A stretch of DNA of 52,798 nucleotides. Source: Octopus sinensis. Its lineage: Eukaryota. This document shows, piece after piece, positions 1 through 15,000 of this stretch. Location of the stretch: positions 1-52,798 of the forward strand of contig NW_021833712.1 in assembly GCF_006345805.1 (NCBI RefSeq). Reading direction: 5' to 3'. The translations under genes and the position numbers were made by a program. The first letter of the stretch is position 1; the number at the start of each line of letters is the position of its first letter. The notes below the pieces were generated by a model. That model saw nothing but the letters and a program-made list of their open reading frames with translations, was not told the origin of the DNA and did not search any database.

Positions 1-39
1 TACTGTTGTTGGTTCCTCAGCTTTTACTTCTGTTGGTTC

Positions 40-3000
40 TTCAGCTTTAACAGTGAAAGCTGAATAACCAACAACTGTAAAATCTGAAGAACCAATTACA
101 ACAGAAAAACTGTAAAATTTCAGATTTTAATGTTATCTTTGGTCCTTCAGATTTTACAGTTGTTGGTTATTCAGCTTTCGCTGTTGTTACTGGTTATTAA
201 AAGCAGAAAAACAAACAATAACAGTAAAAGCCGAAGAAGAAACAACAGTAAAAGCTGAAGAAGCAAAAGACAAAAGTAAAAGCTGAAGAACCTGCAACAA
301 CAGTAAAAGCTGAATAACAGGCAACATTAAAAGCTGAAGAACCATCAACAACAGTTAAAGCTGAATAACCAACAACAACAATAAAATCTGAAGAACCATC
401 AACAACAGTAAAGGCTAAAGAACCATGACAACAGTAAAAGCTAAATAACAAACAATAGTAAAATCTGAAGAACTAATAAAACATTAAAAGCTGAAGAACT
501 AACAATAACGGTAAAAGCTGAAGAACCATCAACAACTGTAAATGCGAAATAACAAACAAAACAGTAAAAGCTAAAGAACCAACAACAGTAAAAGCTGAAG
601 AACCAACAACAGTAACACCTAAAGAACGATCAAGAGCATTTAAAGCTAATGAACCAAGTACAACAGTACAGGGTGAAGAGCCAACGACAAGAGTAAAAAC
701 TGTAGAAACAACATTAAAGCAAAAGCTGAAGCACAAAGAACAAGAGTAAAAAGCAAAAGAAACAACAGCAAAAGCTGAAGTACCAACAACAAAATTAAAG
801 CAGAAGAACCATAACAGTAAAATCTGAAGTACCAACAACAGAAAAGATATAAAGAACCAACGACAACTGCCAGCTTTTACTTTTGTTTTTGGTTCTTCAG
901 CTTTTGCTGTTGTTGATTCTTTAGCTATTACTGTTTTTGGTTCTTCGGCTTTAACTGTTGTTGTTAGTTCTTCCGCTTTTACTGTTGTCGGTTCTTCAGC
1001 TTTTACTGTTTTATTGGTTCTTTTTTGTTTGTTATTCTGGTTTAAATGCTGTTGATGTTTCTTCACGTTTTCCTGTTGTTAGTTAATCAGCTTTTACTGT
1101 TGTCGTTGGTTCTTCAGCTTTTACTGTTGTTGGTTCTTCAGCTTTTACTTCTGTTGGTTCTTCAGCTTTAACAGTAAAAGCTGAGAAGAAACAACACAAC
1201 TGTAAAAGCTGAATAACCAATAACAACAGTAAAATCTGAAAGTACATAAACACACTAAAATCTAAAGAACCAGCAACTACAGTAAAAGCAGAACTAACAA
1301 CAGTAAAAGCCGAAGAACCAACAACAGTAACACCTAAAGAGCAATAAAAGCTGATGAACCAAGTACACACAGTACAAGGTAGAAGAGCCAACGATAAGAG
1401 TAAAAACTGTAGAAACAACAATAAAAGTAAAAGCTGAAGCACAAACAACAAGAGTAAAAAGCAAAAGAAACAACAACAGCAGGACGCTGAAGAAGCAACA
1501 ACAACAGTATAGTGAAGTACCAACAACAAAATTAAAAGCGAGAACCAACAACAGTAAAAGCAGAATAACCAACAGCAACAGTAAAATCTGTAGAAACATC
1601 AACCACTAAAATCTGAAGAACTAGCAACAACAATAAAAGCAGAACTAACAACAGAAAAAGCCGAAGAACCAACAGTTATTCTGCTTTTACTGTTGTCGTT
1701 GGTTCTTCAGCTTTTACAGTTGTTCATGGTTCTTCAGCTTTTACTGTTGTTGGTACTTATGCTTTTACTGTTTTATGGGTTCTTCAGATTTTACTGTTGT
1801 TTGTTATTCGTCTTTTAATGCTGTTGATGGTTCTTCAGCTTTTAATGTTGTTGATGCTTCTTCATCTTTTACTGTTCTTGGTTCTTCAGCTTTTAATGTT
1901 TTTGATGGTTCTGCAGCTTTTCTGTTATATAACAATAAATTCTTTTCTAAAGAAACAATAATAAAAGTAAAAGCTGAAGCACAAACAAGAAGTGTAAAAA
2001 GCAAAAGCTGAAGAACCAACGACAACAGTAAAAGCAGAATAACCAACAACAGTAAAATCTGAAGAAACATCAACAACTAAAATCTGAAGAACCAGCAACA
2101 ACTGTAAAAGCAGAACTAACAACAGTAAAATCCGAAGAATCAACGACAGTCATTCTGCTTTTACTGTTGTCGTTGGTTCTTCAGCATTTATTGTTGTCGT
2201 TGGTTCTTCGGCTTTAACTGTTGTTGATGTTTCTTCAGCTTTTACTGTTTTTGTACTTCAGATTTTACTTTGTTTGTTGGTACTTCATTTTACTGTTGTT
2301 GTTGGTTCTTTAGCTTTTACTGTTTTTGTTGCTTCTTCAGCTTTAATGGGTCTTCAGGTTTTGCTGTTGTTGTTGGTTCTAGAGATCTTACTGTTGTTGA
2401 TGGTTCTTCAGATTTTACTGTTGGTCTTCGTTATTCATCTTTCAATGTTGTTGCTGGTTCTTCAGCTTTTACTGTTGTTGTTAGTTCTTCAGCTTTTACT
2501 GTTTTATTGGTTCTTCAGATTTTACTGTTGTTTGTTATTCGTCTTTTAATGCTGGTTCTTCAGCTTTTACTGTTTTTGTTTGTTTCTTAAGATTTTACTC
2601 TTCCGTTGGTTATGCATTTTACTGTTGTTGTTAGTTCTTCAGATCTTGCTGTTAATGTTTCTTTTGCTTTTTACTCTTGTTTGTGCTTCAGCTTTTACTG
2701 TTATTGTAGTTTCTTCAGTTTTTACTCTTGTCGTTGGCTCTTCTACCTTGTACTGTTGTACTTGGTTCCTCAGATTTTGGAGCTCTTTAGGTGTTACTGT
2801 TGTTGGTTATTCAGCTTTTACTGTCGATGCCGGTTCTTCAGCTTTTACTGTTGTTGGTTCTTCGGCTTTTACTGTTGTTAGTTCTGCTTTTACTGTTGTT
2901 GCTGGTTCTTTAGCTTTTACAGTTGTCGTTGGTTCTTCAGCTTTTACTGTTGTTGGTTCTTCGGCTTTTACTGTTGTTGGTTATTCTGCTTTTACTGTTG

Positions 3001-6000
3001 TCGTTGGTAGTTCAGATTTTACTGTTATTGGTTCTTCTGCTTTTACTTTTGTTGTTGGTACTTCATTTTACTGTTGTTTCTTTTGCTTTTTATTGTTGTT
3101 ATTGGTTCTTAAGAACCATCTTTTACTTTTGTCGTTGGTTCTTCAGCTTTTAATCTTGTTGTTGGTTATTCAGCTTTTACTGTTGTTGATGGTTCTTCAG
3201 ATTTTACTGTTTTTGGTTATTCAGCTTTTACTGTTGTTGTTGGTTCTTCAGGTTTTACTGTTGTTGGTCTTCAGCTTTTAATGTTGTTTGGTTCTTCAGC
3301 TTTTACTGTTTCATTGGCTCTTCAGATTTTACTGTTGTTGTTTGTTATACGGCTTTTAATGCTTTTACTGTTGTTCAGCTTTTACTGTTGTTGTTCGTTC
3401 TTCAGCTTTTATTGTTGTTGATGTTTCTTCACGTTTTACTGTTGTTGTTGGTTATTCAGCTTTTACTGTTGTTATTCTGCTTTTACTGTTGTTGGTTCTT
3501 CCGCTTTTACTGTTGTTGTTGGTTCTTCAGGTTTTACTGTTGTTGTTGCTTCTTCAGGTTTTACTGTTGTTGTTGGTTCTTCAGGTTTTACTGTTGTTGA
3601 TGTTTCTTTTACTGTTGTTATTTGTTATTTTTCTTTTACTGTTGTCGTTGGTACTTCAGATTTTACTGTTGTTGGTTCTTTAGCTTTTACATTTGTTGTT
3701 GGTACTTCATTTTACTGTTGTTGTTGGTTCGTCAGCTTTTGCTGTTATTGTTGTTTCTTCAGTTTTTACTCTTGTCGTTGGCTCTTCTACATTGTACTTT
3801 TGTACTTGGTTCATCAGCTTTTACTGTTGTTGTTAGTTCTTCAGGTGTTACTGTTGTTGGTTCTTCAGCTTTTACTGTTGTTGTTGGTTCTTCAGGTTTT
3901 ACTGTTGTTGTTATTTCTTCAGCTTTTACCTTTCTTGTTTGTCCTTCAGGTTTTACAGTTGTTCTTGGTTCTTCAGCTTTTACTGTTTTTGTTAGTTCTT
4001 CAGCTTTTACTCTTGCCGTTGGCCCTTCTACCTTCTACTGTTGTACTTGGTTTATCAGCTTTTACTGCTCTCGATGGTTCTTTTTTGTTTGTTCTTCAGA
4101 CTTTTCTGTTGTGTTGGTTTTTCAGCTTTTACTGTTGATGGTTCTTCAGCTGAAGAACCAACAACAACAGTAAAAGCTGAAGAACCAACAACAACAGTAA
4201 AAGCTGAAGAACCTTGGTTCTTCAGGTTTTACTGTTGTTGATCGTTCTTCAGGTTTTACTGTTGTTGATGTTTCTTCAGCTTTTAATGTTGTTGTTGGTT
4301 CTTCAGCTTTTACTGTTGTTGTTGGTTCTTCAGCTTTTACTGTTGTTGTTGGTTCTTCAGCTGAAGAACCATCAACAACTGTAAATGCGAAATAACAAAC
4401 AACAACAGTAAAAGCTAAATTACCAACAACAGTAAAAGCTGAAGAACCAACAACAGTAACACCTAAAGAACGATCAAGAGCATTTAAAGCTAATGAACCA
4501 AGTACAACAGTACAGGGTAGAAGAGCCAACGACAAGAGTAAAAACTGTAGAAACAACAATTAAAGTAAAAGCTGAAGCACAAAGAACAAGAGTAAAAAGC
4601 AAAAGAAACAACAGCAAAAGCTGAAGTACCAACAACAAAATTAAAAGCAGAAGAACCAATAACAGTAAAATCTGAAGTACCAACAACAGTAAAAGATAAA
4701 GAACCAACGACAACTGCCAGCTTTTACTTTTGTTTTTGGTTCTTCAGCTTTTGCTGTTGTTGTTAGTTCTTCCGCTTTTACTGTTGTCGGTTCTTCAGCT
4801 TTTACTGTTTTATTGGTTCTTTTTTGTTTGTTATTCTGGTTTAAATGCTGTTGATGTTTCTTCACGTTTTCCTGTTGTTAGTTAATCAGCTTTTACTGGT
4901 GTCGTTGGTTCTTCAGCTTTTACTGTTGTTGGTTCCTCAGCTTTACTTCTGTTGGTTCTTCAGCTTTAACAGTGAAAGCTGAATAACCACAACTGTAAAA
5001 TCTGAAGAACCAATTACAACAGAAAAACTGTAAAATTTCAGATTTTACTGTTATCTTTGGTCCTTCAGATTTTACAGTTGTTGGTTATTCAGCTTTCGCT
5101 GTTGTTACTGGTTATTAAAAGCAGAAAAACAAACAATAACAGTAAAAGCCGAAGAAACAACAACAGTAAAAGCTGAAGAAGCAAGAACAAAAGTAAAAGC
5201 TGAAGAACCTGCAACAACAGTAAAAGCTGAATAACAGGCAACATTAAAAGCTGAAGAACCATCAACAACAGTTAAAGCTGAATAACCAACAACAACAATA
5301 AAATCTGAAGAACCATCAACAACAGTAAAGGCTAAAGAACCATGAACAACAGTAAAAGCTAAATAACAAACAATAGTAAAATCTGAAGAACTAATAAAAC
5401 ATTAAAAGCTGAAGAACTAACAATAACGGTAAAAGCTGAAGAACCATCAACAACTGTAAATGCGAAATAACAAACAACAACAGTAAAAGCTAAAGAACCA
5501 ACAACAGTAAAAGCTGAAGAACCAACAACAGTAACACCTAAAGAACGATCAAGAGCATTTAAAGCTAATGAACCAAGTACAACAGTACAGGGTAGAAGAG
5601 CCAACGACAAGAGTAAAAACTGTAGAAACAACAATTAAAGCAAAAGCTGAAGCACAAAGAACAAGAGTAAAAAGCAAAAGAAACAACAGCAAAAGCTGAA
5701 GTACCAACAACAAAATTAAAAGCAGAAGAACCAATAACAGTAAAATCTGAAGTACCAACAACAGTAAAAGATAAAGAACCAACGACAACTGCCAGCTTTT
5801 ACTTTTGTTTTTGGTTCTTCAGCTTTTGCTGTTGTTGATTCTTTAGCTATTACTGTTTTTGGTTCTTCGGCTTTAACTGTTGTTGTTAGTTCTTCCGCTT
5901 TTACTGTTGTCGGTTCTTCAGCTTTTACTGTTTTATTGGTTCTTTTTTGTTTGTTATTCTGGTTTAAATGCTGTTGATGTTTCTTCACGTTTTCCTGTTG

Positions 6001-9000
6001 TTAGTTAATCAGCTTTTACTGTTGTCGTTGGTTCTTCAGCTTTTACTGTTGTTGGTTCTTCAGCTTTTACTTCTGTTGGTTCTTCAGCTTTAACAGTAAA
6101 AGCTGAAGAACCAACAACAACTGTAAAAGCTGAATAACCAATAACAACAGTAAAATCTGAAAGTACATAAACAACACTAAAATCTAAAGAACCAGCAACT
6201 ACAGTAAAAGCAGAACTAACAACAGTAAAAGCCGAAGAACCAACAACAGTAACACCTAAAGAGCAATAAAAGCTGATGAACCAAGTACAACAGTACAAGG
6301 TAGAAGAGCCAACGATAAGAGTAAAAACTGTAGAAACAACAATAAAAGTAAAAGCTGAAGCACAAACAACAAGAGTAAAAAGCAAAAGAAACAACAACAG
6401 CAGACGCTGAAGAAGCAACAACAACAGTATAGTGAAGTACCAACAACAAAATTAAAAGCAGAAGAACCAACAACAGTAAAAGCAGAATAACCAACAGCAA
6501 CAGTAAAATCTGTAGAAAACCACTAAAATCTGAAGAACTAAAATCTGAAGAACTAGAAAGCAGAACTAACAACAACATAAAAGCAGAAGAAAAAGCCAAC
6601 CAGTTATTCTGCTTTTACTGTTGTCCTTGGTTCTTCAGCTTTTACAGTTGTTCATGGTTCTTCAGCTTTTACTGTTGTTGGTACTTATGCTTTTACTGTT
6701 TTATGGGTTCTTCAGATTTTACTGTTGTTTGTTATTCGTCTTTTAATGCTGTTGATGGTTCTTCAGCTTTTAATGTTGTTGATGCTTCTTCATCTTTTAC
6801 TGTTCTTGGTTCTTCAGCTTTTAATGTTTTTGATGGTTCTGCAGCTTTTCTGTTATATAACAATAAATTCTTTTCTAAAGAAACAATAATAAAAGTAAAA
6901 GCTGAAGCACAAACAAGAAGTGTAAAAAGCAAAAAAACAACAACAGCAAAAGCTGAAGAACCAACGACAACAGTAAAAGCAGAATAACCAACAACAGTAA
7001 AATCTGAAGAAACATCAACAACTAAATCTGAAGAACCAGCAACAACTGTAAAAGCAGAACTAACAACAGTAAAATCCGAAGAATCACGACAGTCATTCTG
7101 CTTTTACTGTTGTCGTTGGTTCTTCAGCATTTATTGTTGTCGTTGGTTCTTCGGCTTTAACTGTTGTTGATGTTTCTTCAGCTTTTACTGTTGTTGGTAC
7201 TTCAGATTTTACTTTTGTTGTTGGTACTTCATTTTACTGTTGTTGTTGGTTCTTTAGCTTTTACTGTTTTTGTTGCTTCTTCAGCTTTAATGGGTCTTCA
7301 GGTTTTGCTGTTGTTGTTGGTTCTAGAGATCTTACTGTTGTTGATGGTTCTTCAGATTTTACTGTTGGTCTTCGTTATTCATCTTTCAATGTTGTTGCTG
7401 GTTCTTCAGCTTTTACTGTTGTTGTTAGTTCTTCAGCTTTTACTGTTTTATTGGTTCTTCAGATTTTACTGTTGTTTGTTATTCGTCTTTTAATGCTGGT
7501 TCTTCAGCTTTTACTGTTTTTGTTGGTTCTTAAGATTTTACTCTTGCCGTTGGTTATGCAGATTTTACTGTTGTTGTTAGTTCTTCAGATCTTGCTGTTA
7601 ATGTTTCTTTTGCTTTTTACTCTTGTTTGTGCTTCAGCTTTTACTGTTATGTGTAGTTTCTTCAGTTTTTACTCTTGTCGTTGCTCTTCTACCTTGTACT
7701 GTTGTACTTGGTTCCTCAGATTTTGGAGCTCTTTAGGTGTTACTGTTGTTGGTTATTCAGCTTTTACTGTCGATGCCGGTTCTTCAGCTTTTACTGTTGT
7801 TGGTTCTTCGGCTTTACTGTTGTTAGTTCTGCTTTTACTGTTGTTGCTGGTTCTTTAGCTTTTACAGTTGTCGTTGGTTCTTCAGCTTTTACTGTTGTTG
7901 GTTCTTCGGCTTTTACTGTTGTTAGTTCTGCTTTTACTGTTGTTGCTGGTTCTTTAGCTTTTTTTACAGTTGTCGTTTTCTTCAGCTTTTACTGTTGTTG
8001 GGTCTTCGGCTTTTACTGTTGTTAGTTCTGCTTTTACTGTTGTTGCTGGTTCTTTAGCTTTTACTTTTGTCGTTGGTTCTTCAGCTTTTACTGTTGTTGG
8101 TTTTTCAGCTTTTACTGTTGTTAGTTCAGCTTTTACTGTTGTTGTGGTTCTTTAGCTTTTCAGTTGTCGTTGGTTCTTCAGCTTTTACTGTTGTTGGGTC
8201 TTCGATTTTACTGTTGTTAGTTCTGCTTTTACTGTTGTTGCTGGTTCTTAGCTTTAGCTGTATAGTTGTTGGTTCTTCAGCTTTTACTGTTGTGGTTCTT
8301 CGGCTTTTACTGTGTTAGTTCTGCTTTTACTGTTGTTGCTGGTTCTTTAGCTTTTACAGTTGTCGTTGGTTCTTCAGCTTTTACTGTTGTTGGTTCTTCG
8401 GCTTTTACTGTTGTTAGTTCTGCTTTTACTGTTGTTGCTGGTTCTTTAGCTTTTATAGTTGTCGTTGGTTTTCAGCTTTTACTGTTGTTGGTTCTTCGGC
8501 TTTTACTGTTGTTAGTTCTGCTTTTACTGTTGTTGCTGGTTCTTTAGCTTTTACAGTTGTCGTTGGTTCTTCAGCTTTTACTGTTGTTGGTTCTTCGGCT
8601 TTTACTGTTGTTAGTTCTGCTTTTACTTTGTGTTGTGGTTCTTTAGCTTTTACAGTTGTCGTTGGTTCTTCAGCTTTTACTGTTGTTGGTTTTCGGCTTT
8701 TACTGTTGTTAGTTCTGCTTTTACTGTTGTTGCTGGTTCTTTAGCTTTTATAGTTGTCGTGGTCTCAGCTTTTACTGTTGTTATGGTTATTCTGCTTTTA
8801 CTGTTGTCGTTGGTAGTTCAGATTTTACTGTTATTGGTTCTTCTGCTTTTACTTTGTTGTTGGTACTTCATTTTACTGTTGTTTCTTTTGTTTTTTGTTG
8901 TTGTATTGGTCTTAAGAACCATCTTTTACTTTTGTCGTTGGTTCTTCAGCTTTTAATCTTGTGTTGGTTATTCAGCTTTTACTGTTGTTGATGGTCTTCA

Positions 9001-12000
9001 GATTTTACTGTTTTTGGTTATTCAGTTTTTACTGTTGTGTTGGTTCTCAGGTTTAATGTTTTGTTTTTGGTTCTTCAGCTTTTACTGTTTCATGGCTCTT
9101 CAGATTTTACTGTTGTGTTTGTTATACGGCTTTTAATGCTTTTACTGTTGTTCAGCTTTTACTGTTGTTGTTCGTTCTTCAGCTTTTATTGTTGTTGATG
9201 TTTCTTCACGTTTTACTGTTGTTGTTGGATATTCAGCTTTTACTGTTGTTATTCTGCTTTTACTGTTGTTGGTTCTTCCGCTTTTATTGTTGTTGTTGGT
9301 TCTTCAGGTTTTACTGTTGTTGTTGCTCTTCAGGTTTTACTGTTGTTGTTGGTTCTTCAGGTTTTACTGTTGTTGATGTTTCTTTTCTGTTGTTATTTGT
9401 TATTTTTTCTTTTACTGTTGTCGTTGGTACTTCAGATTTTACTGTTGTTGGTTCTTTAGCTTTTACATTTGTTGTTGGTACTTCATTTTACGGTTGTGTG
9501 GTTCGTCAGCTTTTGCTGTTATTGTTGTTTCTTCAGTTTTTACTCTTGTCGTTGGCTCTTCTACATTGTACTTTTGTACTTGGTTCATCAGCTTTTACTG
9601 TTGTTGTTAGTTCTTCAGGTGTTACTGTGTTGGTTCTTCAGCTTTTACTGTTGTTGTTGGTTCTTCAGGTTTTACTGTTGTTGTTATTTCTTCAGCTTTT
9701 ACCTTTCTTTTTGTCCTTCAGGTTTTACAGTTGTTCTTGGTTCTTCAGCTTTTACTGTTTTTGTTAGTTCTTCAGCTTTTACTCTTGTCGTTGGCCCTTC
9801 TACCTTCTACTGTTGTACTTGGTTTATCAGCTTTTACTGCTCTCGATGGTTCTTTTTTGTTTGTTCTTCAGACTTTTCTGTTGTTGTTGGTTTTTCAGCT
9901 TTTACTGTTGTCCTTGGTTCTTCAGGTTTTACTGTTGTTGATCGTTCTTCAGGTTTTACTGTTGTTGATGTTTCTTCAGCTTTTAATGTTGTTGTTGGTT
10001 CTTCAGCTTTTACTGTTGTTGTTGGTTCTTCAGCTTTTACTGTTGTTGTTGGTTCTTCAGCTGAAGAACCATCAACAACTGTAAATGCGAAATAACAAAC
10101 AACAACAGTAAAAGCTAAATTACCAACAACAGTAAAAGCTGAAGAACCAACAACAGTAACACCTAAAGAACGATCAAGAGCATTTAAAGCTAATGAACCA
10201 AGTACAACAGTACAGGGTAGAAGAGCCAACGACAAGAGTAAAAACTGTAGAAACAACAATTAAAGTAAAAGCTGAAGCACAAAGAACAAGAGTAAAAAGC
10301 AAAAGAAACAACAGCAAAAGCTGAAGTACCAACAACAAAATTAAAAGCAGAAAATCTGAAGTACCAACAACAGTAAAAGATAAAGAACCAACGACAACTG
10401 CCAGCTTTTACTTTTGTTTTTGGTTCTTCAGCTTTTGCTGTTGTTGTTAGTTCTTCCGCTTTTACTGTTGTCGGTTCTTCAGCTTTTACTGTTTTATTGG
10501 TTCTTTTTTGTTTGTTATTCTGGTTTAAATGCTGTTGATGTTTCTTCACGTTTTCCTGTTGTTAGTTAATCAGCTTTTACTGTTGTCGTTGGTTCTTCAG
10601 CTTTTACTGTTGTTGGTTCCTCAGCTTTTACTTCTGTTGGTTCTTCAGCTTTAACAGTGAAAGCTGAATAACCAACAACTGTAAAATCTGAAGAACCAAT
10701 TACAACAGAAAAACTGTAAAATTTCAGATTTTACTGTTATCTTTGGTCCTTCAGATTTTACAGTTGTTGGTTATTCAGCTTTCGCTGTTGTTACTGGTTA
10801 TTAAAAGCAGAAAAACAAACAATAACAGTAAAAGCCGAAGAAACAACAACAGTAAAAGCTGAAGAAGCAAGAACAAAAGTAAAAGCTGAAGAACCTGCAA
10901 CAACAGTAAAAGCTGAATAACAGGCAACATTAAAAGCTGAAGAACCATCAACAACAGTAAAGGCTAAAGAACCATGAACAACAGTAAAAGCTAAATAACA
11001 AACAATAGTAAAATCTGAAGAACTAATAAAACATTAAAAGCTGAAGAACTAACAATAACGGTAAAAGCTGAAGAACCATCAACAACTGTAAATGCGAAAT
11101 AACAAACAACAACAGTAAAAGCTAAAGAACCAACAACAGTAAAAGCTGAAGAACCAACAACAGTAACACCTAAAGAACGATCAAGAGCATTTAAAGCTAA
11201 TGAACAAAGTACAACAGTACAGGGTAGAAGAGCCAACGACAAGAGTAAAAACTGTAGAAACAACAATTAAAGCAAAAGCTGAAGCACAAAGAACAAGAGT
11301 AAAAAGCAAAAGAAACAACAGCAAAAGCTGAAGTACCAACAACAAAATTAAAAGCAGAAGAACCAATAACAGTAAAATCTGAAGTACCAACAACAGTAAA
11401 AGATAAGAACCAACGACAACTGCAGCTTTTACTTTTTTTTTGGTTCCTCAGCTTTTGCTGTTGTTGATTCTTAGCTATTACTGTTTTGGTTCTTCGGCTT
11501 TAACTGTTGTTGTTAGTTCTTCCGCTTTTACTGTTGTCTGTTCTTCAGCTTTTACTGTTTTATTGGTTCTTTTTTGTTTGTTATTCTGGTTTAAATGCTG
11601 TTGATGTTTCTTCACGTTTTCCTGTTGTTAGTTAATCAGCTTTTACTGTTGTCGTTGGTTCTTCAGCTTTTACTGTTGTTGGTTCTTCAGCTTTTACTTC
11701 TGTGGTTCTTCAGCTTTAACAGTAAAAGCTGAAGAACAACAACAACTGTAAAAGCTGAATAACCAATAACAACAGTAAAATCTGAAAGTACATAAACAAC
11801 ACTAAAATCTAAAGAACCAGCAACTACAGTAAAAGCAGAACTAACAACAGTAAAAGCCGAAAACCAACAACAGTAACACCTAAAGAGCAAAAAAGCTGAT
11901 GAACCAAGTACAACAGTACAAGGTAGAAGAGCCAACGATAAGAGTAAAAACTGTAGAAACAACAATAAAAGTAAAAGCTGAAGCACAAACAACAAGAGTA

Positions 12001-15000
12001 AAAAGCAAAAGAAACAACAACAGCAGACGCTGAAGAAGCAACAACAACAGTATAGTGAAGTACCAACAACAAAATTAAAAGCAGAAGAACCAACAACAGT
12101 AAAAGCAGAATAACCAACAGCAACAGTAAAATCTGTAGAAACATCAACCACTAAAATCTGAAGAACTAGCAACAACAATAAAAGCAGAACTAACAACAGA
12201 AAAAGCCGAAGAACCAACAGTTATTCTGCTTTTACTGTTGTCGTTGGTTCTTCAGCTTTTACAGTTGTTCATGGTTCTTCAGCTTTTACTGTTGTTGGTA
12301 CTTATGCTTTTACTGTTTTATGGGTTCTTCAGATTTTACTGTTGTTTGTTATTCGTCTTTTAATGCTGTTGATGGTTCTTCAGCTTTTAATGTTGTTGAT
12401 GCTTCTTCATCTTTTACTGTTCTTGGTTCTTCAGCTTTTAATGTTTTTGATGGTTCTGCAGCTTTTCTGTTATATAACAATAAATTCTTTTCTAAAGAAA
12501 CAATAATAAAAGTAAAAGCTGAAGCACAAACAAGAAGTGTAAAAAGCAAAAAAACAACAACAGCAAAAGCTGAAGAACCAACGACAACAGTAAAAGCAGA
12601 ATAACCAACAACAGTAAAATCTGAAGAAACATCAACAACTAAAATCTGAAGAACCAGCAACAACTGTAAAAGCAGAACTAACAACAGTAAAATCCGAAGA
12701 ATCAACGACAGTCATTCTGCTTTTACTGTTGTCGTTGGTTCTTCAGCATTTATTGTTGTCGTTGGTTCTTCGGCTTTAACTGTTGTTGATGTTTCTTCAG
12801 CTTTTACTGTTGTTGGTACTTCAGATTTTACTTTTGTTGTTGGTACTTCATTTTACTGTTGTTGTTGGTTCTTTAGCTTTTACTGTTTTTGTTGCTTCTT
12901 CAGCTTTAATGGGTCTTCAGGTTTTGCTGTTGTTGTTGGTTCTAGAGATCTTACTGTTGTTGATGGTTCTTCAGATTTTACTGTTGGTCTTCGTTATTCA
13001 TCTTTCAATGTTGTTGCTGGTCTCAGCTTTTACTGTTGTTGTTAGTTCTTCAGCTTTTACTGTTTTATTGGTTCTTCAGATTTTACTGTTGTTTGTTATT
13101 CGTCTTTTAATGCTGGTTCTTCAGCTTTTACTGTTTTTGTTGGTTCTTAAGATTTTACTCTTGCCGTTGGTTATGCAGATTTTACTGTTGTTGTTAGTTC
13201 TTCAGATCTTGCTGTTAATGTTTCTTTTGCTTTTTACTCTTGTTTGTGCTTCAGCTTTTACTGTTATTGTAGTTTCTTCAGTTTTTACTCTTGTCGTTGG
13301 CTCTTCTACCTTGTACTGTTGTACTTGGTTCCTCAGATTTTGGAGCTCTTTAGGTGTTACTGTTGTTGGTTATTCAGCTTTTACTGTCGATGCCGGTTCT
13401 TCAGCTTTTACTGTTGTTGGTTCTTCGGCTTTTACTGTTGTTAGTTCTGCTTTTACTGTTGTTGCTGGTTCTTTAGCTTTTACAGTTGTCGTTGGTTCTT
13501 CAGCTTTTACTGTTGTTATTGGTTATTCTGCTTTTACTGTTGTCGTTGGTAGTTCAGATTTTACTGTTATTGGTTCTTCTGCTTTTACTTTTGTTGTTGG
13601 TACTTCATTTTACTGTTGTTTCTTTTGCTTTTTATTGTTGTTATTGGTTCTTAAGAACCATCTTTTACTTTTGTCGTTGGTTCTTCAGCTTTTAATCTTG
13701 TTGTTGGTTATTCAGCTTTTACTGTTGTTGATGGTTCTTCAGATTTTACTGTTTTTGGTTATTCAGCTTTTACTGTTGTTGTTGGTTCTTCAGGTTTTAC
13801 TGTTGTTGGTTCTTCAGCTTTTAATGTTGTTTTTGGTTCTTCAGCTTTTACTGTTTCATTGGCTCTTCAGATTTTACTGTTGTTGTTTGTTATACGGCTT
13901 TTAATGCTTTTACTGTTGTTCAGCTTTTACTGTTGTTGTTCGTTCTTCAGCTTTTATTGTTGTTGATGTTTCTTCACGTTTTACTGTTGTTGTTGGTTAT
14001 TCAGCTTTTACTGTTGTTATTCTGCTTTTACTGTTGTTGGTTGTTCCGCTTTTACTGTTGTTGTTGGTTCTTCAGGTTTTACTGTTGTTGTTGCTTCTTC
14101 AGGTTTTACTGTTGTTGTTGGTTCTTCAGGTTTTACTGTTGTTGATGTTTCTTTTACTGTTGTTATTTGTTATTTTTCTTTTACTGTTGTCGTTGGTACT
14201 TCAGATTTTACTGTTGTTGGTTCTTTAGCTTTTACATTTGTGTTGGTACTTCATTTTACTGTTGTTGTTGGTTCGTCAGCTTTTGCTGTTATTGTTGTTT
14301 CTTCAGTTTTACTCTTGTCGTTGGCTCTTCTACATTGTACTTTTGTACTTGGTTCATCAGCTTTTACTGTTGTTGTTAGTTCTTCAGGTGTTACTGTTGT
14401 TGGTTCTTCAGCTTTTACTGTTGTTGTTGGTTCTTCAGGTTTTACTGTTGTTGTTATTTCTTCACCTTTTACCTTTCTTGTTTGTCCTTCAGGTTTTACA
14501 GTTGTTCTTGGTTCTTCAGCTTTTACTGTTTTTGTTAGTTCTTCAGCTTTTACTCTTGTCGTTGGGCCTTCTACCTTCTACTGTTGTACTTGGTTTATCA
14601 GCTTTTACTGCTCTCGATGGTTCTTTTTTGTTTGTTCTCCAGACTTTTCTGTTGTTGTTGGTTTTTCAGCTTTTACTGTTGTCCTTGGTTCTTCAGGTTT
14701 TACTGTTGTTGATCGTTTTTCAGGTTTTACTGTTGTTGATGTTTCTTTAGCTTTTACTGTTGTTGTTGGTTATTCAGGTTTAACTGTTGTTGATGGTTCT
14801 TCAGGTTTTACTGTTGTTGATGGTTCTTCAGCTTTAACTGTTTTTGTTGGCTCTTCAGCTTTTACTGTTGTTGATGGTTCTTCAGATTTTACAGTTGTTG
14901 TTTGTTATTCAGCTTTTAATGTTGTTGCCGGTTCTGCAGCTTTTACTGTTGTTGGTTCTTCGGGTTTTAGTTTTGTTGTTGGTTCTTCAGCTTTTACTGT